Shown in pieces: positions 1 to 10,599 of a DNA stretch of 64,000 nucleotides. The stretch is taken from contig CAVWGN010000001.1 of NCBI GenBank assembly GCA_963754655.1, positions 1,536,001-1,600,000 of the forward strand, in the 5' to 3' direction. Numbering within the stretch: the first letter of the stretch is position 1; the number at the start of each line of letters is the position of its first letter. The translations under genes and the position numbers were made by a program. The DNA is from an uncultured Chlamydiae bacterium (lineage in GTDB: Bacteria > Chlamydiota > Chlamydiia > Chlamydiales > Parachlamydiaceae). The notes beneath the pieces are model-generated. The model was given only the letters and a program-made list of their open reading frames with translations. It was not told the origin of the DNA and did not search any database.

Positions 1-1
1 T

Positions 2-766
2 AAATCGCGCGATGAGAAAGATGATACCATTCGTACTCGAAATTTTTTTGTGCGTTATGATTCTGAACTTAAATTACTTTCTCAAAAAGAAATCATTGAA
101 GATTTGCCAAGAGAAAAAGTCTCCTGGACAAAGGTTGTTGGGTTAGAAGATTGTCGATTAATCAATTTAGATCACAATCGCTGGTTTTTGGCTACTACCT
201 ATGATACTCATGCTGGAACAATAGGTCAATCTCTCTGTAAATTAGCCTCACAATCATCTGATAAATTGATTGATGTAGAAACACTGCTTCCTATACAAGG
301 ACCCCATCCAACAGGGGTTGAGAAGAATTGGCTTCCTTTTGTTAAAGATAACGAACTCTATATTCTTTATGGATACGATCCCTTTATCATCTATAAACTC
401 AATAAGAACAATGGTGCTTGCGAGACGGTTGTTCAATACAATCCTTCTTATGATTTTTCTCGCTTCCGTGGTTCTGCTGCTCCAATTGAATTTGATGATG
501 GCTATCTTGTGCTGATTCATGAAGTTGTTTTTGAGTCGGGGCGTTATTATCTTCATCGTTTCTTATACTTGGATAAAAATTTTAATGTTAAAAAAGTATC
601 AAAGCCATTCACGTTTATGCATAAGGGCATCGAATATAGTTGTGGAATGACTCTAGATCATTCAGGAAAAACATGTATCATCCCCATTGGCTATGAAGAT
701 CAAAAAGCTTATCTTTTATTTGTCGATCTCAATACCATTCGAGCTCTTCTAGAACCGCTGCCATAA
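2..766 (+). CDS. C-terminal part (5' end outside window) of a glycosyltransferase/TPR/GH130-like beta-propeller protein; paralogue of 3566..5728
   Basis: Frame is open from base 2 (KSRDEKDDTIRTRNFFVRYD) and aligns with the C-terminus of the 720-aa ORF (KSRDPLDDSLHTRNFLLYYD; shared EKNWLP, FSRFRGSAAPIEFDDGY, YYLHRFL). Confidence 0.8.
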   Translation, partial: KSRDEKDDTIRTRNFFVRYDSELKLLSQKEIIEDLPREKVSWTKVVGLEDCRLINLDHNRWFLATTYDTHAGTIGQSLCKLASQSSDKLIDVETLLPIQGPHPTGVEKNWLPFVKDNELYILYGYDPFIIYKLNKNNGACETVVQYNPSYDFSRFRGSAAPIEFDDGYLVLIHEVVFESGRYYLHRFLYLDKNFNVKKVSKPFTFMHKGIEYSCGMTLDHSGKTCIIPIGYEDQKAYLLFVDLNTIRALLEPLP

Positions 767-784
767 AATTAACTCTTACTGAAT

Positions 785-1282
785 CTAGTACTCAACCACA
801 CTAGTTTTAGCCTATTGGGATGGTTTTAAATCCCTATGCGTTAAGGTAAGAGATGGGTGTAGGCTACATGCCGCATTCAGTCGCCACGCCGCTTCGCTCT
901 GGGCTCTATGAGAGGGGTCATGACCCACCGTTCGGTCTCCCTCCGGGCTCGGTCACGGTGGGCTAGAATCAGTCGTCCTACGGACTCTAGCGGCAATGTA
1001 GAAGTCATTGAATGTTAGGTAAGATGTTTGATAATAGTGCTGCTAGAATGCTAGTCAAGGCGTTTTGATAATGCCGCTAGAGTCCGTAGGACGACTGATT
1101 CTAGCCCACCGTGACCGAGCCCGGAGGGCGACCGAACGGTGGGTCATAACCCCTCTCATAGAGCCCAGAGCGAAGCGGCGTGGCGACTGAATGCGGCACG
1201 TAGCCTACACACCCATCTTACCTTAACGCATAGGGATTTAAAACCATCCCAATAGGCTAAAACTAATGTGGTTGAGTACTAG
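785..1282. repeat. Fold-back palindrome 1 (about 211-bp arms, about 76-nt loop), non-coding, MITE/REPIN-like
   Basis: 785..995 is the near-perfect reverse complement of 1072..1282; termini CTAGTACTCAACCACACTAGTTTT / AAAACTAATGTGGTTGAGTACTAG. Confidence 0.95.
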
Positions 1283-2121
1283 GGAACGTACCTAAAAGAT
1301 TTAAAATAATAACTCTTATGATTTATAATTTTCTCTGATAAAACAAGGGGGAAATTTGAATGAGTAGGATAGTATTAACTAATGAAAGATGGATAAAAAT
1401 AAAACCTTTATTGCCAAAAGAACGAGGATATTGGGGCAGACCAAGTCGGCCTCATCGTAAGATTTTAGAAGGCATTATTTGGATTTTAAGAACAGGAGCC
1501 GCTTGGAGGGATCTACCACCCAAGTATGGTCCTTGGAGCACATGTTATAATCGCTTTAATCGATGGACAAAGGCTGGAATCTGGCAAACGATTTGGCAAG
1601 CTTTAAAAGATGAAATTGACGAAGAAAATTACTCTGTAGACAGCTCAATTGTTGAAGCGCATCAAGATGCTTGTAGGATAAAAAAAAAGCCGAAGAAGCC
1701 ATGGGAAAATCAAGGGCCGGAACAACCACAAAAATTCATGCAGTAACAGATGGATTAGGTCGTTGTATTGATTTTATCTTGACAGAAGGTCAAGTACACG
1801 AGAGCACTCAAATGAAGCTTTTACTCAGTGGAAAAAATCCAAAAAATGTTATAGCTGATAAAGCTTACGACTCAAATGAAATCAGAAATTTTATAGAAAA
1901 GATGGGAAGTCAAGCTGTCATACCCAGCAAAGTATCAAGAGCTGAACTAATTGAACATGATAAACATATCTACAGAGAGCGTTGCTTGGTAGAAAATTTT
2001 TTTCAGTTTATAAAACGATTTAGGCGTATTGGAATAAGATACGAAATGAAAGCTCAAAATTATGCAGGAATGTTGACGATCGCTTGTATTATACAATGGT
2101 TAATCTTTTAGGTACGCTCCC
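1282..2121 (+). mobile_element. IS5-family (IS427-like, two-ORF) insertion sequence, copy 1, 840 bp
   Basis: Terminal IRs GGGAACGTACCTAAAAGATT / AATCTTTTAGGTACGCTCCC, flanked by cTA...TAg; three near-identical copies in the window. Confidence 0.95.
1360..2111 (+). CDS. IS5-family transposase, orfA (1360..1746) + orfB (to 2111), joined by a -1 frameshift
   Basis: ILRTGAAWRDLP (DUF4096-type), VDSS, TTKIHAVTD, IADKAYDS, RCLVENFF motifs; slippery A9G run near 1680. Confidence 0.9.
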
Positions 2122-2309
2122 TAGGACTCCTATTATCGTCACAAGCTCTTGAATTTAGATACTTAAAGTAAAGATTAGAATTTTAGAGAACGCTTCCAAA
2201 AAGGTGCTCTAAAAACATTGGGCCTAAAATTGATTCCTCCGCATATGTAATTGACAAAATTTGTAGATTCTTTGATAACGTCAAAACACCTCTATCGAAA
2301 TGTCTAACT

Positions 2310-3404
2310 ATGCGGAGTATGAATAGTGATATGGAAAAACTATGCTTCGATTTCTATAAGAAATCCCTCTTCAGTGGTTTTGTTTGTTTCTTGTTTGTTG
2401 CTTTCTTTTTGATTTCTCAGGTTGAAGGCAAAGACGATCAAGAGAATTTAGAAGCCTCTAACTCTAAAGTGCTCTCTAAGAGCTTAACAATAAATATTAT
2501 TTCTAATAAAAATGGAGTGGGATTATCGCAAGATATCGACATCTTGTTAGCAGAATTAACCAAGTTAGGGCATCAACCACGCTTTGTAGCGGATACAGAC
2601 TCCAATCCACCGTCTAAAGCAGATATTAATCTTTTTATCCAGCCTTTAAATATCAAATTTTTTCCCTATGCTGAGCGAAATTATTTGTTTCCCAATGCGG
2701 AATGGAATTTTCTTTCCCCTCAAGAATTGGCTAAATTTGATATGATTCTTTGTAAAACAAAAGAAGCTGAACGTATTTTTCGGCCATTTAATGCTCATGT
2801 TATCTATGCGAACTTTACCTCTAAAGATTGCTATAACGAAAAAGAATCCAAAAATTTTAAATCCTTCTTTCATTTGGCAGGAGCTAGCATACACAAGGGT
2901 ACAGAGACCTTGATCACAACATGGCTAGATAATCCAAATTTTCCTCCGCTATTTGTCATTAGGCATAAAGGGAATAAGAGCTATCCGCCTGCGACAAATC
3001 TTGAGATCATTCATGAATACTTAGCGGTGGATAAATTGCGTTCTATGCAAAATCAATGCGGATTTCATATTTGTCCTAGTGAAACAGAAGGATTTGGTCA
3101 TTACATTATGGAGGCAATGAGTTGTGGATCTGTCGTTGTGACGACAGATGCTCCTCCTATGAATGAATTTGTATTAGATAAACGTTGTTTAATTGGATAT
3201 AGCCAAGCATATTCTTGGAATTTGGCGACTAATTATTCTATTGATCAACTGAAGTTAGAACAAGTTGTGGCTGATCTTTTAAACTTGCCCATACAAGAAT
3301 TAGAGGAGATAGGAAGAAAAAACCGAGAGTTTTACTTAAAAAAAGATCAATTATTTAAACAGCGGTTGGCGGAAATTTTTAGCTTAGAATTTAATCAAAA
3401 TTAG
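2310..3404 (+). CDS. GT4-type glycosyltransferase with N-terminal hydrophobic/signal segment
   Basis: CPSETEGFGHYIMEAMSCG (EX7E motif), TTDAPPMNE. Confidence 0.8.
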   Translation: MRSMNSDMEKLCFDFYKKSLFSGFVCFLFVAFFLISQVEGKDDQENLEASNSKVLSKSLTINIISNKNGVGLSQDIDILLAELTKLGHQPRFVADTDSNPPSKADINLFIQPLNIKFFPYAERNYLFPNAEWNFLSPQELAKFDMILCKTKEAERIFRPFNAHVIYANFTSKDCYNEKESKNFKSFFHLAGASIHKGTETLITTWLDNPNFPPLFVIRHKGNKSYPPATNLEIIHEYLAVDKLRSMQNQCGFHICPSETEGFGHYIMEAMSCGSVVVTTDAPPMNEFVLDKRCLIGYSQAYSWNLATNYSIDQLKLEQVVADLLNLPIQELEEIGRKNREFYLKKDQLFKQRLAEIFSLEFNQN

Positions 3405-3565
3405 AAGCTAATACAATGATGCGGCTTCTATATCTGTTCCTAAAAACGTATTAAAACGTGTTTATTTTGTTTCGCTCTCTGATTGACCGCTCGGTTTGCG
3501 AAATCATTTTAATAGGAGACTTCTGAGTTGAACAATGCCCATGGCTATAATCATTTGCCGCCTTA

Positions 3566-5728
3566 CTAAAAGCTACCAAGAGGTCTTAATAAAGAACGAA
3601 TCGTATCAAGGGGAACTTGGCAAAGCCAGGCTTCTCTCTCTTCTATACTTATGGGCAGGATGCATTGACTGCCTGAATGATCCATGGTCATGCCCACACA
3701 GTACTCAACGCCTTTATGTTTAAACAGGAAGGGTTTTGATATTTTGTTGATATTCAACTCTTTGTCGAGAAATAAGAAGCGATGCAAATAATAGTTGCGA
3801 TTATCAGAATAAATGACTTCATGCACAAGTATTAAATACCCGTCATCAAACTCAATAGGAGCTGCGGAGCCACGAAAACGAGAAAAATTGTAAGAAGGAG
3901 ATGGATTATATTTTGCAATTTTGTGCTCACCTGTAAGAGGATCAATTTTGTAAATTATCCAAGGATCGTATGAATAAATGGCTAAAAGTTCTTGATCTTT
4001 AATCAATGGCAACCAGTTTTTTTCGTGTCGGTTAGGATTAGGCATTTTTAAGGGAAGAAATTTTTGAACTCGAATAATTTTATCAGAAGACTCATCCGCT
4101 AATTGACATAGCGTTTGACCAATACTCTCGTGCGTATCACCTGTCGTGCATATAAACCAAAGCTGATGATTGAAAGTAAATAAACGACCATCCTCCAGCC
4201 CTTTGATTTTAAATCGATGATGTTCTCGGGGAAAATCTTCCGTAATTTCTTTTTGGGAAAGAAGGTTAAAATGATTATCATAGTAAAGAAGAAAATTTCG
4301 GGTATGAAGGGAATCATCGAGAGGATCGCGTGATTTAAAACTCATGCCCTCAAAAATAAAATTGACTGTTCTACAAAGAAGTTGATAGCCATTTGTTGTT
4401 TTCTGAATAGAAGCATTTGTGGGATAATAAGATTCATTCATTCCTTCTCGAATTGGAGGAAGTTCAAATTCAATTTTTTGAAATTTGGTATCTTTCAAAT
4501 TTTCCGCATAAAATACAATATTCTTATATGTCTGTTCTCTGATGTGATCCGGAGTATCTTTTTTTAAAGCTAAACGATCTGCGGCTTCAAAGCCTTCTTC
4601 TTTAACAGTGGGAATATAATAAGCTGCAATAGAAATGTCTTCATCAAATTGATAGTTGTAGACAGAATCAGAAATAAAGAGAAGCTGGTCATGAGGATAG
4701 GGAATGCGTTTGCCATGTTTAGCAAATAAATAAGCTAAAATCGGCTGTCCATTTGCGCGATAATGAGTGGAAATTTTTTGCAATGATTCGGCTCGCTTTG
4801 GATTTTCTTGATAAGCATCTAAGTACCAATGAAGTGCATGATCCCAAAATCCCAGCTTTTCATACATTTCTCCTATCATACATTTGGAATACCAAATTTC
4901 TTCTAGCCATCCACCCTTCGCAATGCGTGCTTTATACCATCGAATGGCTTGGTCAAAATTTCCGATGCATCTGTAGGATTGTCCAAGATAAAACATGTAG
5001 CGTTCATTATCAGGTTCATCTTGAAGCCCTTGGGTTAGAAGTTTGATATCGCGTTCGAACTTATCGGATTTACATCCTCCATCATTGCGATCATCTATCT
5101 TTAACTCGGAAAATTGTTCTGAAGGATCAGAGCTTTTGCAAGACCAATATTCGTGTGTAACGCCTATGCATTGCCATGGCAAAGAAGCGCGGACCAGTCG
5201 TGTGTTATAATAAGAAAGGCTATGGTTTTTTTGAAGAAAATAATAGGAGTCTTTGACCAATGTGTTCTTATTAAATGTCGGTTCAATTTCTAATAGCATA
5301 TCTGCATCTAATAAAAGCAAATAAGTCTTTGCTAAAGGAAGATGGAATTCTTGCAGAGTCTCCTGTGCAGCTTGAATGGAAAGGGTGCGATTATGGCCAA
5401 AGTTTTTCCAAACATGCTGATGCACTTTTCCGGGAAGTTGATTCTTTTGCATAAACTGTTCAATGATTTCGATCGTATTGTCTGTTGATCCTGTGTCACA
5501 AATGGAGATGCAATCGGTAATTTTTTTTGCGCTATTTAAGCAGCGCTCAATAATTTTAGATTCATTTCTCACGATCATGGTCAGGCAAATCTTAATCTCA
5601 TCCTGAGTAGATGTCTGAGAATTTTTGCCTATTTGCTCATCCACTCCCTGAATAGAAAAACTGTAAAAAGTAAAAAGGAAAAAAAACCAAATTCTTACTG
5701 TTTGTGCTCTCATGCTATTAACTATCAT
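3566..5728 (-). CDS. GT2 glycosyltransferase + TPR + GH130/GH43-like beta-propeller multidomain protein
   Basis: ICLTMIVRNES, DTGSTD, LLDADM (DxD), GVTHEY; TPR-like YMFYLGQSY; C-terminal GLEDGRL...EKNWLP...HEV. Confidence 0.8.
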   Translation of the reverse strand: MIVNSMRAQTVRIWFFFLFTFYSFSIQGVDEQIGKNSQTSTQDEIKICLTMIVRNESKIIERCLNSAKKITDCISICDTGSTDNTIEIIEQFMQKNQLPGKVHQHVWKNFGHNRTLSIQAAQETLQEFHLPLAKTYLLLLDADMLLEIEPTFNKNTLVKDSYYFLQKNHSLSYYNTRLVRASLPWQCIGVTHEYWSCKSSDPSEQFSELKIDDRNDGGCKSDKFERDIKLLTQGLQDEPDNERYMFYLGQSYRCIGNFDQAIRWYKARIAKGGWLEEIWYSKCMIGEMYEKLGFWDHALHWYLDAYQENPKRAESLQKISTHYRANGQPILAYLFAKHGKRIPYPHDQLLFISDSVYNYQFDEDISIAAYYIPTVKEEGFEAADRLALKKDTPDHIREQTYKNIVFYAENLKDTKFQKIEFELPPIREGMNESYYPTNASIQKTTNGYQLLCRTVNFIFEGMSFKSRDPLDDSLHTRNFLLYYDNHFNLLSQKEITEDFPREHHRFKIKGLEDGRLFTFNHQLWFICTTGDTHESIGQTLCQLADESSDKIIRVQKFLPLKMPNPNRHEKNWLPLIKDQELLAIYSYDPWIIYKIDPLTGEHKIAKYNPSPSYNFSRFRGSAAPIEFDDGYLILVHEVIYSDNRNYYLHRFLFLDKELNINKISKPFLFKHKGVEYCVGMTMDHSGSQCILPISIEEREAWLCQVPLDTIRSLLRPLGSF

Positions 5729-6825
5729 CCTTCTGTAGCGTTCTGAGTTTTTATAACGGGAGAAATTTTGATGGCATCCAACATGACTTTGACAAAATTG
5801 TCGTGGGAGAATGCTTGAGCTTGCTCACTCTCTAAGTATTTTTGAATATTCTTGATATATTCCATATATTGTTCTTTTGTCATCTTTTTTAAAAAATCGT
5901 ATAATTCTTCATTGCTTTTGAAATCTGGTTTAGCAATGAAGCAATTTTTGGGAATATAGGAAGTGATATTCGAGGCGCCCCAATAAATAGGCACTGTACC
6001 CGCTTGAAAGCAATGGAAAATTTTCTCAGTAATATAACCTGGAATATCCTTGCCATTTTCATAGGCAATGGCAAATTTATATGATCTGATTTTATCGACT
6101 TTAGAATCCACGCCTCCCAGGATTTTCCCTTTGTAAGTCTTATAGTGTTCAGGCCATTCTCCCCCAAATAAATCAAGATCTTCAGCATGATGGGTTTCAA
6201 AGAAATCAATGATTTTACGCCGTTCGGTATAAATCTCATTAGGATGCCATGACTGTTTATTACCTGCAACCAGTACACAAAATTTTTTGTCTTCGAAATT
6301 CATGAGATTTTGATTCATCGGACGTAAAACAGGATAATAAATTTTAAAATATTTTTTATTGTCTACTAAGTCATCTCGCCAAGTGTAAATTCTTGAAAAA
6401 TAGACATGATACTGTGGGTCATAGTTCGTACTCATTGTAGTAGGAGGCTCCCACAGTATTGCCATCAATTTCTCTTTAGGATATTTTGATAAATAATCGA
6501 GTTGGAATTGAGTAATTTCAAAACTAATAATATACTTAAAATCCTCAGGATATTCCGGCCCCTTTCTCGATAAATCTCTAAGCTGATAACAAGAGGAATC
6601 AGCCAATCTTAAATCATATCCTTCTTGTTCAGCTATCTGATGTAAACGCAAGGTAGGCTCTATATCGTAAAATTGATCGTTGAGATTTTTTTCAGTCTGA
6701 TCAAAGATATTTCCCCAAAAACAGGAAAGAAAATAAACAATTTTACTTTCATTTTCATTGGATTGTAAGAAAGCACTCACTAAAATCATTGAGACAATCA
6801 TCCAGAGAAATAAAATGTTAATCAT
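5725..6825 (-). CDS. GT10 family (alpha-1,3-fucosyltransferase-like) glycosyltransferase
   Basis: YKFAIAYENG...GYITEKIFHCFQAGTVPIYWG matches the GT10 signature. Confidence 0.8.
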   Translation of the reverse strand: MINILFLWMIVSMILVSAFLQSNENESKIVYFLSCFWGNIFDQTEKNLNDQFYDIEPTLRLHQIAEQEGYDLRLADSSCYQLRDLSRKGPEYPEDFKYIISFEITQFQLDYLSKYPKEKLMAILWEPPTTMSTNYDPQYHVYFSRIYTWRDDLVDNKKYFKIYYPVLRPMNQNLMNFEDKKFCVLVAGNKQSWHPNEIYTERRKIIDFFETHHAEDLDLFGGEWPEHYKTYKGKILGGVDSKVDKIRSYKFAIAYENGKDIPGYITEKIFHCFQAGTVPIYWGASNITSYIPKNCFIAKPDFKSNEELYDFLKKMTKEQYMEYIKNIQKYLESEQAQAFSHDNFVKVMLDAIKISPVIKTQNATEG

Positions 6826-6916
6826 AGAAATCCAATTGAAGAGTCGATAGGAGAAATTAAAAAAAATAATAGTATAAAACTAACAAGATTTAAGCTAGAA
6901 AAAATGATAAGAGCTC

Positions 6917-8131
6917 CTAATTATCGGGAGAGTGTGCAACTAATTTTGCTTCTGCAAAACTAAGATTTTTTTCTACAACATCTCTAACATATTGAGGCAA
7001 TTCTGAATTGGCTAATAGTTGTTTAGACATTTTCTGGCATTCTTCATACTTGCCAATCCAATAGGCACTTATGGATAGCTCTAAAAGCATGTCATAATCA
7101 TATATCCACTTGTCAACAAATAAAATATCATCGGGCAAAGGCAAGTTTGATCCAATGGAAGCAATCAAATAGGCTGCAGCAAAATCATTTTTATTCCGAT
7201 AATATTTTGCGAGATAATAAAGGGGTTCTGCACGTGAAGGTCTATAATGATAAGCATCATAGTAACCTTTAAGAATAGTTTCAGGTTCTTTATTAAGAAT
7301 TTGTTGCAGTTTAGCAAATTCTAGCTTGGCATAAAACACTTCTTGATCCCACCCACCCATGGAAATTCTCTTTTCATAGTTTTTTAAAGCAGAGGGAAAA
7401 TCTTGGGCATCTCTATAAGATTGAGCTAAATAAAAAACATAACGGCTGTTATTCGGATCTTCTTTTAAGGCCTCTTCTAAAACTTTGGCGTCTTTAAGAT
7501 ATTTTTGCGGATCGTTTGAGCGCGATCCTTCTCGGTTTGAAATCTTTGTTACTCCTTCCAAGCGGGCTGCGTTCTTGGCTTGTGAAGCACTAATATACTC
7601 ATGGAGAACTCCATGCCATTGCCAATCTAATCCATCTTTAATCAAGAGCGTTCTATCATATTTCGAACCTGCGTCAAGAATTACGCTATTATAGGTATCC
7701 TTATGCAAAACCGGTAGTTTAAAATCTGGTGAGAATTCAAGTGTTTCATCAGCATCCATAAACAAAATGTAATTGGCTTTTCCTTTAGCAAGTTCTAAAG
7801 CTTGATTGCGATTGTGTTCAAAATTTTTCCAAGGCCTTTCATGAAGTTCTCCAGGGATATCTTTCATAAAGTCTTTAATGATTTGTTGCGTGCCGTCTGT
7901 GGAACCTGTGTCTACGATGACCCAATAATTAATGATGGGCTTGACAGTTGCTAATCCCCGTTTAATGACCTTGCTTTCGTCTTTCACAATCATGTTAAGA
8001 CAGATTGTCTGCTTTTGGTCAGCCATCATTTTTAGACAAATTTTATCAAGTGCTTCTTGATTGTCTAAAGTATAGCCGTTTGTCAATATGCTTAGAAAAC
8101 ATAAGCAATAATAAATGGCGTATCTAATCAT
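6917..8131 (-). CDS. GT2 glycosyltransferase with TPR repeats and signal peptide
   Basis: ICLNMIVKDES, VDTGSTDGT, FMDADE, GVLHEY, RYVFYLAQSYRD. Confidence 0.85.
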   Translation of the reverse strand: MIRYAIYYCLCFLSILTNGYTLDNQEALDKICLKMMADQKQTICLNMIVKDESKVIKRGLATVKPIINYWVIVDTGSTDGTQQIIKDFMKDIPGELHERPWKNFEHNRNQALELAKGKANYILFMDADETLEFSPDFKLPVLHKDTYNSVILDAGSKYDRTLLIKDGLDWQWHGVLHEYISASQAKNAARLEGVTKISNREGSRSNDPQKYLKDAKVLEEALKEDPNNSRYVFYLAQSYRDAQDFPSALKNYEKRISMGGWDQEVFYAKLEFAKLQQILNKEPETILKGYYDAYHYRPSRAEPLYYLAKYYRNKNDFAAAYLIASIGSNLPLPDDILFVDKWIYDYDMLLELSISAYWIGKYEECQKMSKQLLANSELPQYVRDVVEKNLSFAEAKLVAHSPDN

Positions 8132-8238
8132 GGTTCTTATTTCACCTTTAGAAATAATTAAATGTCTGCGAAAAGGAATGAGATATGATATTTAATCATT
8201 GAAGGCAAATAAATTTAATCATAAATTTCAATTTTTAA

Positions 8239-10545
8239 GTGAGGGGGTTGATGATGAATGAAAATGAACAAATAGATCCTATTTGCGGAATGAAGGTTAA
8301 GCCGGATCAAACTCCTTATCATTTTCATTATCAAGGAAAAGATGTTGTGTTTTGCTCAGAAAACTGTCTGAAGCGCTTTAAAGAAGATCCAGATCGATAT
8401 TTAAATTCCTCAAACAAAGAACCCCTGCAGACAGCAATTGTCGGTCAAGAATACATGTGTCCTATGCATCCTGAAATTGTACAAGATCAATCAGGTAATT
8501 GCCCCATTTGCGGCATGGCATTAGAGTCAAAAAATAGTCAATCAAAGCTAGACGATGCAGAATATCGAAAGATGCTTCGCCGCTTTTGGGTGGGATTGAT
8601 TTTGACAATTCCCGTTTTTTTGTTAGCCATGATTCCTCTATTTCCTTCTTTAGCAAAAGGCTCTTTTCTTTCTTTTTCGCGCATCGGGCAATTCCTATTA
8701 AGCACTCCTGTTGTATGGGGGACTGGCTGGCTCTTTTTTGAACGAGGATGGTATTCTGTGATCAATCGCAGTCTCAATATGTTTAGCTTAATTGCTCTTG
8801 GTGTAGGCGTGGCTTATCTTTACAGTTTAGTGGGATTATTATTTCCTTATTTATTTCCCGCATCGTTTCAACATCAGGGAGAAATTCCGCTTTACTTTGA
8901 CACAGCAGCTATGATCACTGTGTTGGTTTTACTTGGACAAGTATTAGAACTCAGAGCACGCCATCAAACAGGCCAAGCCATTAAAGCACTGCTTGGACAT
9001 GCTGCTAAATCAGCAAGAATTGTCCAAAATGGAGAGGAAAAAGAAATTCCGATTGAACACGTACAAGTTGGAAATGTTTTACGCGTGCGCCCAGGAGATA
9101 AAGTTCCTGTAGATGGCGCCATTATAGAAGGTAAAAGTTCAATTGATGAGTCCATGGTGACAGGAGAGTCCCTTCCTGTCGAAAAAAACATGCTAGATAA
9201 GGTAATGGGAGGAACGATCAATCAAACTGGAAGCTTTTTGATGAGAGCAGAGAAAGTGGGTAGCCAAACTCTACTTTCCAGAATTGTCCAAATGGTGTCA
9301 GAAGCGCAAAGAAGTCGAGCCCCTATTCAAAGTTTAGTCGACCAAGTTTCCGGTTATTTTGTTCCTGCAGTGATTTTAATTGCTTTGTTAACATTTATCG
9401 TCTGGAGCTTAGTAGGTCCTCAACCCGCGTTTCTCTATGGCTTGCTTAATGCGGTAGCTGTTTTGATTATTGCCTGTCCTTGTGCGTTGGGTCTTGCAAC
9501 GCCTATGTCTCTCATAGTGGGATTGGGGAGGGGAGCAGAAGAGGGAATCTTAATCAAAAATGCCCAAGCTTTGGAAAAACTGGAAAAGGTGAGAACATTG
9601 ATTGTTGATAAAACGGGAACATTGACGGAAGGAAAGCCCAAGCTAATGCAAATTGTGGCAATTCAAGCTGGCACAGAAGAGGATCTTTTGCGTTTTGCAG
9701 CAGCAGTTGAGAGGCATAGCGAGCATCCTTTAGCGTCAGCGATTGTGCGAGGCGCTCAAGAAAGGGGGTTAGACATTCCTCAAGTTGAAGATTTTCAATC
9801 GACAACGGGTGAAGGAGTTAAAGGTCAGGTCATGGAACAAGAGATCGTTGTTGGGAAACTCTCTTTTCTTAGAAATCAACGCGTTGAGTTAGCTTCTTTA
9901 GAAGAGAAAGCTCAAGTTTTGCAAGAACAAGCCCAAACTGTTCTATTTGTTGCTAGGGGAGGACGCGCTCTAGGTTTGCTAGTTGTGGCCGATCCCATTA
10001 AAAGCAGTACGCCCCAAGCAATCACTGCTCTCCATCATCTCGGGTTGAAAATCGATATGCTCACAGGAGATAATCCTTTAACAGCGCAATCAGTGGCAGA
10101 GAAATTGAAAATCGATAAATTTTATGCAAGTGTTGGCCCGCAGCATAAACAGGAATTTGTCAAGCAAATTCAAGGCAAAAAGAATTTGGTTGCCATGGCA
10201 GGTGATGGGATTAACGATGCCCCCGCTCTTGCAGCTGCAGATGTCAGTATTGCCATGGGAACAGGGACAGATGTGGCAATGGAAAGTGCCGATATCATCT
10301 TGGTCAAGGGAGATTTAATGGGAATCGTGCGTGCTATTCATCTAAGCCGAGGAATGATGGGTAATATTCGTCAAAATCTTTTCTTTGCTTTTATTTACAA
10401 TGTTTTTGGCGTATTTATCGCGACAGGCATTCTTTATCCATTGACAGGGCTTTTGCTTAATCCCGTTATTGCCGCTGCAGCCATGAGCTTTAGCTCAGTT
10501 TCTGTCATTGCAAATGCCTTGCGCTTGCGTTATTTGAAACTTTAG
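8239..10545 (+). CDS. copA: Cu(+)-exporting P1B-type ATPase with YHS and heavy-metal-binding domains
   Basis: DPICGM (YHS), YMCPMHPE...[37 protein letters not shown]. Confidence 0.92.
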   Translation: MRGLMMNENEQIDPICGMKVKPDQTPYHFHYQGKDVVFCSENCLKRFKEDPDRYLNSSNKEPLQTAIVGQEYMCPMHPEIVQDQSGNCPICGMALESKNSQSKLDDAEYRKMLRRFWVGLILTIPVFLLAMIPLFPSLAKGSFLSFSRIGQFLLSTPVVWGTGWLFFERGWYSVINRSLNMFSLIALGVGVAYLYSLVGLLFPYLFPASFQHQGEIPLYFDTAAMITVLVLLGQVLELRARHQTGQAIKALLGHAAKSARIVQNGEEKEIPIEHVQVGNVLRVRPGDKVPVDGAIIEGKSSIDESMVTGESLPVEKNMLDKVMGGTINQTGSFLMRAEKVGSQTLLSRIVQMVSEAQRSRAPIQSLVDQVSGYFVPAVILIALLTFIVWSLVGPQPAFLYGLLNAVAVLIIACPCALGLATPMSLIVGLGRGAEEGILIKNAQALEKLEKVRTLIVDKTGTLTEGKPKLMQIVAIQAGTEEDLLRFAAAVERHSEHPLASAIVRGAQERGLDIPQVEDFQSTTGEGVKGQVMEQEIVVGKLSFLRNQRVELASLEEKAQVLQEQAQTVLFVARGGRALGLLVVADPIKSSTPQAITALHHLGLKIDMLTGDNPLTAQSVAEKLKIDKFYASVGPQHKQEFVKQIQGKKNLVAMAGDGINDAPALAAADVSIAMGTGTDVAMESADIILVKGDLMGIVRAIHLSRGMMGNIRQNLFFAFIYNVFGVFIATGILYPLTGLLLNPVIAAAAMSFSSVSVIANALRLRYLKL

Positions 10546-10599
10546 ATTAATACAGAGTAGGTTAGCTCAAGAAAAAACTAAGCAATAAGGGCGGACGTT

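Noticed and set aside
785..1282. CRISPR array or structured RNA gene interpretation of the palindromes
   Set aside because: No direct repeat-spacer periodicity, no cas genes, and no recognisable tRNA, rRNA, tmRNA or RNase P motifs.
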